This document shows, piece after piece, positions 41,015 through 50,811 of a stretch of 64,000 nucleotides of DNA. The first letter of the stretch is position 1. Each line of letters opens with the position of its first letter. The notes under the pieces are model-generated. The model was not told where the DNA came from. It saw only the letters and a list, made by a program, of their open reading frames with translations, and made no database searches. Both the position numbers and the translations under genes were made by a program. The stretch comes from Fimbriimonadales bacterium (GTDB lineage: Bacteria > Armatimonadota > Fimbriimonadia > Fimbriimonadales > JABRVX01), in NCBI GenBank assembly GCA_045862955.1, contig BTVI01000020.1, positions 1-64,000 on the forward strand, written 5' to 3'.

Positions 41015-42000
41015 GACATTGGGTTTCGATGATAGATTGGGATGCCGGCGAGCTGCTCGGGCTGGTATCGCGCGCCGCGGAGCTCAAGGCCGGCGCCACC
41101 ACGGATGCGCTGCGCGGGCGGATCCTCGGCATGTTGTTCTTCAACCCCTCGCTGCGGACGCGCGTCTCGATGGAAGCAGCGATGATGCGCTTCGGCGGTC
41201 ACGCGATTACGCTATCGCCGGGCGCGGATTCATGGCGCATCGAGTATGCGGATGGCGTTCGGATGGACGGCGACAGGGCAGAGCACGTTCGCGAGGCTGC
41301 GCGCGTACTGAGCCGCTATTGCGACGTGTTAGGTGTGCGCTCCTTCGCGGATATGAAGGACTATTCGGAGGACCGCCGAGAAACGGTGATACGAAGCCTC
41401 GCCCAGTTCGCGACCGTGCCTGTAGTGAACCTGGAGTCGGCCACCGAACACCCATGCCAAGCCCTGGGCGACATGCTAACGATGAGGGAGAAACTCGGAG
41501 CTACCGAAGGCCGGAAGTTCGTGCTCACGTGGGCACCGCACGTGAACCCCCTACCACTCGCAGTACCGCACTCGGCGGTGCTGGCGGCCTCGCTCTCCGG
41601 CATGGATGTCACGATCGCCCATCCCGAAGGGTACGAGCTGGACGACGAGATCCTGCGCCACGCCAACTCCATCCACGTAACACACGATCAGACCGAAGCG
41701 CTGCGAGCGGCAGACATCGTGTACGTCAAGAGCTGGGGCGCCAGGGCGATGTACGGAGACATCGAAAGGCAACGAGACAGCTTTCACCGCCATGCCAGTT
41801 GGACGGTGTCCCTAGACAAACTGTCACCCAGCTCGTACCTGATGCACTGTTTGCCCGTACGTCGCAATCTCGTGATCTCGGACGATGCTCTGGACAGCGA
41901 GCGATCTATCGTTGTAGACCAAGCAGAGAATCGCATGTGGGCGCAAGCGGCCATTCTGGAACACCTACTGCTAGAGGGGAGAAGCTGGTATGACGAGTGA
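41011..42000 (+). CDS. argF: N-acyl (acetyl/succinyl)-ornithine carbamoyltransferase ArgF'
   Basis: FNPSLRTR (not STRT), MDGD..EH, HPCQ, TWAPH, VKSW, HCLPVRRN: AOTCase/SOTCase signatures. Confidence 0.9.
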   Translation: MRHWVSMIDWDAGELLGLVSRAAELKAGATTDALRGRILGMLFFNPSLRTRVSMEAAMMRFGGHAITLSPGADSWRIEYADGVRMDGDRAEHVREAARVLSRYCDVLGVRSFADMKDYSEDRRETVIRSLAQFATVPVVNLESATEHPCQALGDMLTMREKLGATEGRKFVLTWAPHVNPLPLAVPHSAVLAASLSGMDVTIAHPEGYELDDEILRHANSIHVTHDQTEALRAADIVYVKSWGARAMYGDIERQRDSFHRHASWTVSLDKLSPSSYLMHCLPVRRNLVISDDALDSERSIVVDQAENRMWAQAAILEHLLLEGRSWYDE

Positions 42001-42904
42001 CATGGCCGCGCTGCGTGCGGCGCTTCCCTACATACGATCTTATAAGGACAAGTGCTTCGTCGTAAAGCTAGCGGGCGAGTTGTGCAAGCGCGGGGCACAG
42101 CTGGACCACGTCGCAGAACAGTTAGGTGTGTTGCACCAGGTGGGCATCCGATTGGTAGTAGTACACGGCGGAGGCAAGCAGGCGACGGACCTCGCGGATC
42201 GGTTGGGAGTGAAGAGCGAGTTCGTCAACGGACGGCGCATCACATCCGAGGAGATGCTAGAGGTCGCGAAGATGGCGTTCGCGGGCACCGTAAACACCGA
42301 CATCATCGCCACCATGTGCAGGCAGGGCGTTCCGGCGGTGGGCCTCAGTGGCATCGACGCAGGATTGGTCAAAGCCAAGCGACGGCCGCCCGTGAAGCTG
42401 AAGGACCCGGGCACGGGCGAAATTAGGCAGGTCGATTTCGGGTTCGTTGGAGACCTGCAGAGTACGGATTGCTCCGTGCTGCACGACCTCCTCGCTGTCG
42501 GCTACGTGCCGGTGATATGCTCGCTAGCGGCGGACGACAGCGGTCAGGCACTCAACGTGAACGCCGACACGCTCGCGTCTCGACTCGCACAAGATCTCGG
42601 CGCTACCAAGTACATACTACTGAGCGCCGTGGACGGTGTCATGCACGATCGGAACGATCCCTCGACACTCATCCCCGAGCTCGACATCGCGAGGGCGGAA
42701 AGCCTCATCGCAACGGGGGTTATCACGGGCGGCATGCTGCCCAAGATCACGACCTGCATCGAGGCGCTGCAGGGTGGCGTGCCACGTGTACACATCGTGA
42801 ACGGGCTGGCCCGTGAGGCCTTGTTGCGCGAGATCTTCACCAACGAGGGCTCGGGCACCCTCATCCTTCCCGGCACCCCACTGAAACAGCAGTCGGAATC
42901 GTAG
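41990..42904 (+). CDS. argB: Acetylglutamate kinase (no fused GNAT domain)
   Basis: VVKL, VHGGG, GRRIT, NVNAD, GGMLPK. Confidence 0.93.
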   Translation: MTSDMAALRAALPYIRSYKDKCFVVKLAGELCKRGAQLDHVAEQLGVLHQVGIRLVVVHGGGKQATDLADRLGVKSEFVNGRRITSEEMLEVAKMAFAGTVNTDIIATMCRQGVPAVGLSGIDAGLVKAKRRPPVKLKDPGTGEIRQVDFGFVGDLQSTDCSVLHDLLAVGYVPVICSLAADDSGQALNVNADTLASRLAQDLGATKYILLSAVDGVMHDRNDPSTLIPELDIARAESLIATGVITGGMLPKITTCIEALQGGVPRVHIVNGLAREALLREIFTNEGSGTLILPGTPLKQQSES

Positions 42905-43114
42905 ATAACGGGTGGTATCTGCCACACCGTTCCCCGGCCAACCAGCTCTCACCGATGTCGTCGCCGGAGAGAGCGGTGCCGAGAGCCACGCAGCCGGGGG
43001 AGGCGGATCTGACCCAGCATCGAGCATGGGAGTGCGCGAGCCTGCTCGCGCTGTTAGTTTCGCCGGCGCCACCGAGAGGAGCCGTTGACACCCTGTCCTC
43101 GAGAGCGGCTGAGG

Positions 43115-44510
43115 GATAGGTGATCTGAGTGCATCACAGCGCGCGCGGGCTCGCGCACGCCCAAACAGGCACGTCGTTCGGCAACAACAGCGCTTTTCAG
43201 GAAGAACACGTTGTTCGGCGACAACAGCATCCTTCAGGAAGAATACGTTGTTCGGCGACAACAGCATCCTTCAGGAAGAGTACGAGGCGACTACGAGAGC
43301 CGTCATGCTGAGCCTGTCGAAGCATGGCGGCCGAGTGCCACATCCGTGGGATACTTGGCCGACCCCGTGCGGTGTGTGGTGTCATGCTTCGACAGGCTCA
43401 GCATGACTTCTGGCGGCTGAGCGATAGGTGATTTGAGTGCATCACAGCGCGAGCGGGCTCGCGCACTCCCAAACAGGCACGTCGTTCGGCAACAACAGCA
43501 TCCTTCAGGAAGAATACGTTGTTCGGCGACAACAGCATCCTTCAGGAAGAATACGAGGCGACTACGAGAGCCGTCATGCTGAGCCTGTCGAGCATGGCGG
43601 CCGAGTGCCGCATCCGTGGGATACTTGGCCGACCCCGTGCGGTGTGTGGTGTCATGCTTCGACAGGCTCAGCATGACCGATAGGCCCACCACGGCCGACA
43701 GACTCAGCATGACACATCGGCCCACCACGTCCGAGACGCTCAGCATGACTCATAAGCTCACCAAGTCCGACAGACTCAGCATGACACACAGGCTCAGCAT
43801 GAGCGATAGGCCCAGAATGGCTGACAAGACTGACCACTCCCAAACGTATCACAGCGCGAGCGGGCTCGCGCACTCCCAAACAGGCACGTCCTTCGGCAAC
43901 AACAGCGCTCTTCAGGAAGAATGCGTCGTTCGCCTACAACAGCGCTCTTCAGGAAGAATACGAGGCGACTACGAGAGCCGTCATGCTGAGCCTGTCGAAG
44001 CATGGCGGCCGAGTGCCACATCCGTGGGATACTTGGCCGACCCCGTGCGGTGTGTGGTGTCATGCTTCGACAGGCTCAGCATGACACATCGGCCCACCAC
44101 GGCCGACGGGCTCAGCATGAGCGATAGCCTCACCACGTCCGAGACGCTCAGCATGAGCGATAGGCCCAGAATGGCTGACAAGACTGACCACTCCCAAACG
44201 TATCACAGCGCGAGCAGGCTCGCGCACTCCCAAACAGGCACGTCGTTCGGCAACAGCAGCGCTTTTCAGGAAGAACACGTTGTTCGGCGACAACTGCGTC
44301 CTTCAGGAAGAATACGAGGCGACTACGAGAGCCGTCATGCTGAGCCTGTCGAAGCATGGCGGCCGAGTGCCGCATCCCTGGGATACTTGGCCGACACCGC
44401 GCGGTGTGCGGTGTCATGCTTCGACAGGCTCAGCATGACTTATGGCGGCTGAGCGATAGGTGATTTGAGTGCATCACAGCGCGAGCGGGCTCGCGCACTC
44501 CCAAACAGGG
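43115..44510. repeat. Composite tandem repeat cluster (270-410-bp units) with paired GTCATGCTGAG palindromes and 37-bp sub-repeats
   Basis: Anchor ATCACAGCGCG at ~43133, 43441, 43848, 44202, 44473. Confidence 0.9.
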
Positions 44511-44704
44511 TCAGCATGATTGAATCCGTGGCTCGCTACCGTAGGTTGATCAGAAAGGCTCCGACAGGATCGGCATGACGCGAACGCTTGCCAATTCCGT
44601 GGCCCGCGCCGACCAACTCGGCCTGACGACGCGACAGGTGTTAGCTCCTGCAGAGTCCACGGCGAAGGTCGGATGGGCAGGTGGAACCTCCGCACCTCGC
44701 GCTG

Positions 44705-46252
44705 TCACTGGCGTACCACGACCCGCCCCTCGGCCGAGCGGGACAGCGGGGAGTGGGACTTGATAAACTCCACCAGCGCGTCGATGTCCAAGAGTCCCGT
44801 ATCGTAGCGGTAACCGGTCGCACTCTTCAGCACCTCGTGACCATCCCCACCCGCGGCGGTGAAGCTGTTCAGCGTCACGCGATAGGTGGCCGATAGGTCC
44901 AGCGGCTTTCCCGCGATCATCACCTCGGACACCCTGCTACCGTCCGGCTTGTTCCGGTCTATCACGTAGGACGTACCGCGAGAGGGGAACAACATCCCGC
45001 CACCACCTGCTCCGTGTTCCAACGCCTTGCGTATCTCCTCACCCGTCAGGTCCATCACTACGAGAGTGTTATTGAAGGGCTGCACCGAGATGGCCTGCCC
45101 ATAGGTGATGGGGCCTGGCTCGAGCGCCGCGCGGACGCCCCCCGCATTCATGAAGGCAGCCACGGATCCCTGCTTGGCAGTGGCATCCAGCATCGCGTCC
45201 GTGATCACGTTCGCCATCGTGTTCTCGCCGAGACCCCCCGCCACAGGGCCGAGCGGCGTGTCTGCAACTCCGATCTTTTCGTTCTGAATGCTCCCGATGG
45301 GTCGTTGCAGCGCGGCAATCAGCGACTTCGCGACTGGGTCTTCCGGAACGTCTGCCGACACCGGAACCGGCTGGCCGATCCACCCGATCACCCGACCCGA
45401 CTCGTCGAACTGCACGCGCAAATTGCCCACCAACATGCCCCACTGCCAAGCCTGAACCACGAGTACGTTCTGCCCGTCCGCACCGCGTGCCACGGTGGGA
45501 TAGGCCCCCCGCGACTGGGGCGCCCCCGGAAACTCCAACCTTCCGAGCGGAGTGTGACTGTGGCCGCCGACGATCACGTCCACGCCCTTCAACTTCCCGG
45601 CCAGCGCCACATCCTCGGAGTAGCCCACGTGCGAGAGGAGCACGATCTTGTCGATCCCTTCTGCCGCCAGCTTGTCCACTTCGGCCTGTACGCTCGAAAC
45701 GAGGTCGCGCATCCGAATGCTCTCGCCGGGTGACGAGATCGAGAACAACTCCGGGGTGGTTACTCCCACCACGCCGATGCGCTGACCACCGACCTCGATG
45801 ACCGTAGACGGCTGAACGAGACCCTTCAGGTCGGGGTCGGCGGAGACGTCCAGGTTCGCGGCCAGCAAGGGGAACTGGACGAGCTTGGCGAACGTTGCCA
45901 ACGGCTGCGGGCCTCGGTCGAACTCGTGGTTCCCCACGGCCATCGCCTGGTACCCAACCAGATTCATGCACGCGGCATCGGCCAGCCCGACGTATACGTT
46001 GAAGTAGAGCGTGCCCTGGAAACTGTCGCCGGCGTTGAGCACCAAGGAGTTCGGGTTTTCGGCCTTCAGCTTGGCAATCAGCGCGGCCTGCCGCGCATAG
46101 CCCCCCAGCTCCTTGCCCGCGAGCCGGGCGGGCTCCACGCGTGAGTGGATGTCGTTGGTGTGAAGGATGGTAAGGTCGAAGGGCTGCGCGATGCCGGCGG
46201 CAATCGCGAGCGCAACGGCGAGAAGGATGGTGACGGGTCTCAGCATTCTCAT
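44705..46252 (-). CDS. Secreted 5'-nucleotidase (UshA-like)
   Basis: HTNDIH, AGDSFQGT, GNHEFD, GGHSHT, NAGGVR, PFNN. Confidence 0.92.
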   Translation of the reverse strand: MRMLRPVTILLAVALAIAAGIAQPFDLTILHTNDIHSRVEPARLAGKELGGYARQAALIAKLKAENPNSLVLNAGDSFQGTLYFNVYVGLADAACMNLVGYQAMAVGNHEFDRGPQPLATFAKLVQFPLLAANLDVSADPDLKGLVQPSTVIEVGGQRIGVVGVTTPELFSISSPGESIRMRDLVSSVQAEVDKLAAEGIDKIVLLSHVGYSEDVALAGKLKGVDVIVGGHSHTPLGRLEFPGAPQSRGAYPTVARGADGQNVLVVQAWQWGMLVGNLRVQFDESGRVIGWIGQPVPVSADVPEDPVAKSLIAALQRPIGSIQNEKIGVADTPLGPVAGGLGENTMANVITDAMLDATAKQGSVAAFMNAGGVRAALEPGPITYGQAISVQPFNNTLVVMDLTGEEIRKALEHGAGGGGMLFPSRGTSYVIDRNKPDGSRVSEVMIAGKPLDLSATYRVTLNSFTAAGGDGHEVLKSATGYRYDTGLLDIDALVEFIKSHSPLSRSAEGRVVVRQ

Positions 46253-46464
46253 GACGGTTGGGACTCTACCCTGCTCATTGGCCTGGCCCCATGACCAAAG
46301 TACCCGGAAGGGATCGCGGAGGCTCGGGTAGAATGCTGCGACGGGGCGTCGTTCCCACGGTTTCCCGTTCGCAACTCGATCGGTTCTGCGACTAAGCCCA
46401 GCCGCAAGAGAGACAAGACGGACGGGCGGTGCTCGGCGGACGGCTCGCTTCCCCTGGAGGTTCA

Positions 46465-47256
46465 ATGGCGACTAACGCACCCGTGACCACCGGCGCGACG
46501 TGCATCGCCCACCCGGTTCGCCAGGACGCATGGTGGGTCACGCCGTTGCTGACGGTAGTGGTTTTCGTCGGTTTCATCATATACTCGTCGTGGCGAGCGC
46601 TCGAAGGCTTCTATCAGCCTGACACGGCACACTTCATCCAAGAGCCTTACGTCTCTCCCTTATACGCGCTGCACTTCGTGAAGAGTGGGTGGGGTTTCCT
46701 GAGAGATACCAATGTCTCACCGGCCCTGTTCGTGTTACCCATCCCGCTGTTCTTCCGGTTGACCTGCTACTACTTCCGCAAGGCGGGCTATCGGTCGTTT
46801 CTAGCCGACCCCCGTGCGTGTGCGGTGCCGGAGGGACGCAAGAAGTACGCGGGTGAGACGGTGATGCCGTGGGTGTGGGTGAACCTACACCGCATCACCT
46901 TCTTCTTTGCCGCTGCACTCGTGTTTCTCACCTACAAGGACACGGTGGAGGCATACATCTTCGACGGTCGCTTCGGCATCGGCGTGGGGAGCCTACTGTA
47001 TACCCTCGAGGCCGTGATGGTCACGCTATACACCTTCTCATGTCACTACTTCCGACACTTGGTGGGTGGCAAGGTGGACTGCTTCGACTGCCCCGGAGGG
47101 GCCGTGCGGTACGGCTTGTGGCGGTGGGTCACTGCGTGGAACGTGAGCCACATGCAGTGGTTCTGGGCCAGCCTCGTCTCCATTATGCTTATCGACCTGT
47201 ACATTCGTCTTCTCGGTGCCGGCGTGATACCACATGACCCCAGGATCGTGTTCTAG
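46465..47256 (+). CDS. Succinate dehydrogenase membrane anchor, mycobacterial Sdh1 (Rv0249c)-like
   Basis: FRLTCYYFRKAGYRSF..DP.ACAV.E, NLHR, SCHYFRH motifs; precedes sdhA; GGAGG RBS. Confidence 0.75.
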   Translation: MATNAPVTTGATCIAHPVRQDAWWVTPLLTVVVFVGFIIYSSWRALEGFYQPDTAHFIQEPYVSPLYALHFVKSGWGFLRDTNVSPALFVLPIPLFFRLTCYYFRKAGYRSFLADPRACAVPEGRKKYAGETVMPWVWVNLHRITFFFAAALVFLTYKDTVEAYIFDGRFGIGVGSLLYTLEAVMVTLYTFSCHYFRHLVGGKVDCFDCPGGAVRYGLWRWVTAWNVSHMQWFWASLVSIMLIDLYIRLLGAGVIPHDPRIVF

Positions 47257-47258
47257 CC

Positions 47259-49052
47259 ATGGAAACCTACGATAGCTTCGAGTACGACGTGTTAGTGATA
47301 GGAGCGGGCGGCGCCGGGCTGCGCGCCGCTATCGCCTCCATCGAGTCGGGAGCGAGCACCGGGCTAGTGTGCAAGTCGCTGCTGGGCAAAGCACACACCG
47401 TGATGGCCGAGGGGGGCGCCGCGGCTGCGCTGGGCAACATGAACGAGCCGGACGACTGGCGCGTGCACTTCGTGGACACGATGAAGGGCGGTAAGTTCCT
47501 GAACGACCCTCGTACGGTGGAAATCTTCGCGAAAGAAGCGCCGGAGCGCATCCTCGAATTGGAGAAGTACGGCGCCGTCTTCGACCGCACGCCAGACGGC
47601 AAGATATCACAGCGTCCGTTCGGGGGACACCTGTATCGCCGCCTGAATCACGTCGGCGACCGCACTGGGCTCGAGATGATTCGCACGCTGCAGGACAAAG
47701 CCGTCAGCCTGGACGTACACGCACACATGGAGGTGACACTAACACGGCTGCTGCTCGACGACGGCCGCGTGATCGGGGCGTTCGGCTACGTACGGGATAC
47801 CGGCAAGTTCGTGCTGTTCCGAGCCAAGGCGGTGGTGATAGCTACCGGGGGCTGGGGGAAGATGTTCCGCGTTACCTCCAACTCCTGGGAGAGCACCGGT
47901 GACGGCGCTGCTATGGCCTTCTTCGCTGGTGCAGAACTGAAAGACATGGAGATGGTGCAGTTCCACCCGACCGGCATGGTGTGGCCTCCGGGTATGAAGG
48001 GCATTCTCGTGACGGAGGCGGTCCGGGGCGAAGGCGGCATTCTCACCAACTCGCTCGGTGAGCGCTTCATGTTCAAAGAGGAGTATATGCCGGAGCAGTA
48101 TCGGGGGCAGTTCGCCGAAGACGAGGCAGAGGCCCGAAGGTGGTTGGACGACAAGAAGAACAACCGCCGGCCGCCCGAGCTGCTGCCCCGCGACGTGGTG
48201 GCGCGGTCCATCTACAAGGAAGTGCAGGCCGGTCGCGGAAGCCCCCACGGTGGCGCATTCCTGGACATTCGCCACAGGGGTGCTGCGTATATCAAGGCCA
48301 AGCTGCCCAGCATGTACGAGCAGTTCCACCGCCTGGGAGACATAGATATCACCAAGGAGCGGATGGAGGTTGCACCTACCATCCACTACACGATGGGTGG
48401 TATTCGGGCGGAGCCGGACACCTGTGCCACGACTCTGCCTGGCCTCTTTGCAGCCGGCGAGTGCGCCTGCGGGCTGCATGGCGCAAACCGGCTGGGTGGT
48501 AACTCGTTGTCCGACCTCGTAGTCTTCGGACGACGGGCCGGACTTGCCGCTGCGGAGTTCGCCAAGGCTAACGCCCCCGGGAAGCTGGACGAGGCACAGG
48601 TGGAGGACGAGATGCGCTCGCTGTTAGCACCGTTCGATGGGGGAAGCGAGAATCCGTTTCACATGCACGCCGAAGTGCAGGACATCATGGGTGAACACGC
48701 AGGAATTGCCAGAACCAGTGCGGGCCTCGAAGAGGGGTTGGAAAAGATAACCCGCGTGAAACAGCGGCTCCCGAATCTGAAGGCAGAGGGCGGAAGGGCG
48801 TATAACCCGAGCTGGCATACCTGCCGTGACGTGGTGCACATGGTGGCGCTCGCAGAAGCTATTCTCCGCAGCGCCGCGGAGCGGAAGGAGAGTAGGGGCG
48901 GTCACTGGCACCTGGACTACCCGAACGAATCCGATGAGTGGGCGAAGAAGAACGTGATTGCTAGCTTCGTGGACGGCGAAGTGCGGATTAGTACGGCTCC
49001 CGTCCCGGAGATGTCCGCGGAGCTGAAGGCGCTATTCGAGGGGAAGAAGTGA
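47259..49052 (+). CDS. sdhA: Succinate dehydrogenase/fumarate reductase flavoprotein
   Basis: GAGGAG, AHTVMAEGG, QFHPTG, HYTMGG, HGANRLGGNSL, RKESRG. Confidence 0.95.
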   Translation: METYDSFEYDVLVIGAGGAGLRAAIASIESGASTGLVCKSLLGKAHTVMAEGGAAAALGNMNEPDDWRVHFVDTMKGGKFLNDPRTVEIFAKEAPERILELEKYGAVFDRTPDGKISQRPFGGHLYRRLNHVGDRTGLEMIRTLQDKAVSLDVHAHMEVTLTRLLLDDGRVIGAFGYVRDTGKFVLFRAKAVVIATGGWGKMFRVTSNSWESTGDGAAMAFFAGAELKDMEMVQFHPTGMVWPPGMKGILVTEAVRGEGGILTNSLGERFMFKEEYMPEQYRGQFAEDEAEARRWLDDKKNNRRPPELLPRDVVARSIYKEVQAGRGSPHGGAFLDIRHRGAAYIKAKLPSMYEQFHRLGDIDITKERMEVAPTIHYTMGGIRAEPDTCATTLPGLFAAGECACGLHGANRLGGNSLSDLVVFGRRAGLAAAEFAKANAPGKLDEAQVEDEMRSLLAPFDGGSENPFHMHAEVQDIMGEHAGIARTSAGLEEGLEKITRVKQRLPNLKAEGGRAYNPSWHTCRDVVHMVALAEAILRSAAERKESRGGHWHLDYPNESDEWAKKNVIASFVDGEVRISTAPVPEMSAELKALFEGKK

Positions 49053-49792
49053 TGGCGGAATACACGCTGAGAGTGTTTCGTGGCGATGCGAAGGGTGGAC
49101 AGGAACACGAGTACCGCGTGCAAGCAGAGGAAGGCTGGGTGGTTCTGGATGCGATCCATGCCATTCAGCGCCAGCAGGACGGTTCTCTCGCCTGCCGATG
49201 GAACTGCAAAGCGGCAAAGTGCGGCTCCTGCAGCGCCGAGATCAACGGCATCCCATCGCTTATGTGCAAGACCCGCCTAGACGCCCTGCCACCGGGACCG
49301 ATCCGTGTGTACCCGATCAAGACCTTCCCACTGATCCGCGACCTCGTAACCGATGTGTCGTGGAACTACGAGCAGGCTAAGAAGATTCAGCCTTTCACGT
49401 ACGATCCGAAGATCGGCGATCAGCCGTTTCGTATTCGCCAGCGCGACGTCGCGCGCATCCAGGAGTTCCGTAAGTGCATCGAATGCTTCCTGTGTCAGAA
49501 CGTGTGTCACGTGCTGCGCGAACACCAACTCAAGGACCACTACTTCGGCCCTCGCCAGATGATACGTCTCGCGGCGCTGGAGATGCATCCGATGGACATT
49601 GCGAATCGCGCCGAGATGATATGGCAAGAAGCCGGAGTCGGCTACTGCAACATCACCAAGTGCTGCGAGGAGGTGTGTCCCGAAAGCATTCGTATCACCG
49701 ATAACGGCATCATCCCCTTGAAGGAGCGAGTGATCGATTCGCGCGGCCTGCTTCGTGTGCTCCGAGGACTCGTCCGCAGACGGACGGAATAG
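49049..49792 (+). CDS. sdhB: Succinate dehydrogenase Fe-S subunit
   Basis: CKAAKCGSC, CIECFLCQNVC, CNITKCCEEVCP. Confidence 0.93.
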   Translation: MMAEYTLRVFRGDAKGGQEHEYRVQAEEGWVVLDAIHAIQRQQDGSLACRWNCKAAKCGSCSAEINGIPSLMCKTRLDALPPGPIRVYPIKTFPLIRDLVTDVSWNYEQAKKIQPFTYDPKIGDQPFRIRQRDVARIQEFRKCIECFLCQNVCHVLREHQLKDHYFGPRQMIRLAALEMHPMDIANRAEMIWQEAGVGYCNITKCCEEVCPESIRITDNGIIPLKERVIDSRGLLRVLRGLVRRRTE

Positions 49793-49804
49793 GACGGAAC
49801 GACG

Positions 49805-50125
49805 ATGGACTACCTGCATCTACTCGACCCGACGGTGGGAGTCGAACCACCCGTGGACGGAATCCTCAGCCGTACGTTGCTGGACGACGAGTATGCCAAA
49901 GTGTTAGTGTTCGGATTCGGAGCGGGCCAGGAGCTCTCGGAGCACACCGCTTCCATGCCGGCCCTTCTCCAGTTCCTGCAGGGCGAGGCCGACCTGACAT
50001 TGGGCAAGGACGCGACTTCGGCAGTCGCCGGTACCTGTGTGTACATGAGGCCCAACCTACCTCACAGCGTGCACGCCAAGACGCCTGTAGTGATGCTGTT
50101 AGTGTTGATGAAGCGGCCCACCTGA
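49805..50125 (+). CDS. Cupin domain protein
   Basis: GQELSEHT...PHSVHA. Confidence 0.8.
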   Translation: MDYLHLLDPTVGVEPPVDGILSRTLLDDEYAKVLVFGFGAGQELSEHTASMPALLQFLQGEADLTLGKDATSAVAGTCVYMRPNLPHSVHAKTPVVMLLVLMKRPT

Positions 50126-50150
50126 CACTCGCTGTAGTGCAGGCGTTCCC

Positions 50151-50789
50151 GATTCGATTCCCGCCTTCGCGGGGATGACGTAAATCAGACATCGGGCCAC
50201 TCGCCGTCATACATTGCATTCCCGTCATCGCGGGGATGACGGCGCTCTTCGTGCTATGGGTGGCGAGCAACTCACTGCATCCCCGCCTTCGCGTCGCTGA
50301 CGTTGGAGCATCCTACGCCGCGCGGTCACGTTGCACTCCATCCCCGCCTTCACGGGGATGACGTCCGAGCGCTCGATAGAGTCCTTCGCCAAGGCACTGC
50401 ATCCCCGCCTTCGCGTGGATGACATCGGCAACCTGCGGTCCGGCCATGTCTATTACACTGCGTCCCCGCCTCCGCGGGGATGACGCAGTACGTCACGGTC
50501 CTGCCACGGTCCCCGTCACTGCATCCCCGCCTCCGCGGGGATGACGTTCTCGCCCTTTCCTTGGCCATAGCCACGGCCACTGCATCCCCGCCTCCGCGGG
50601 GATGACGGCGCTCTTCGTGCTATGGGTGGCGAGCAACTCACTGCATCCCCGCCTTCGCGTCGCTGACGTTGGAGCATCCTACGCCGCGCGGTCACGTTGC
50701 ACTCCATCCCCGCCTTCGCGGGGATGACGTTCTCGCCCCTTCCTTGGCCATAGCCACGGCCACTGCATCCCCGCCTCCGCGGGGATGAC
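50151..50789 (-). CRISPR. Orphan type I-E-like array: 11 repeats (29 nt, consensus GTCATCCCCGCG(G/A)AGGCGGGGATGCAGTG) and 10 spacers of exactly 32 nt
   Basis: Repeats start (+ strand) at 50151, 50212, 50273, 50334, 50395, 50456, 50517, 50578, 50639, 50700, 50761: exact 61-nt period; CCCCGC-N4-GCGGGG hairpin; no cas genes in window. Confidence 0.7.
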
Positions 50790-50811
50790 ACTTACCAGCC
50801 CTTTTGCGGTC

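Noticed and set aside
43173..43283. 37-bp GTT...AC repeats resembling CRISPR direct repeats
   Set aside because: Head-to-tail with no spacers.
43616..44452. 278-aa ORF and other CFDRLSMT / MLSLSKH ORFs in repeat clusters
   Set aside because: Translations of the GTCATGCTGAG palindrome family.
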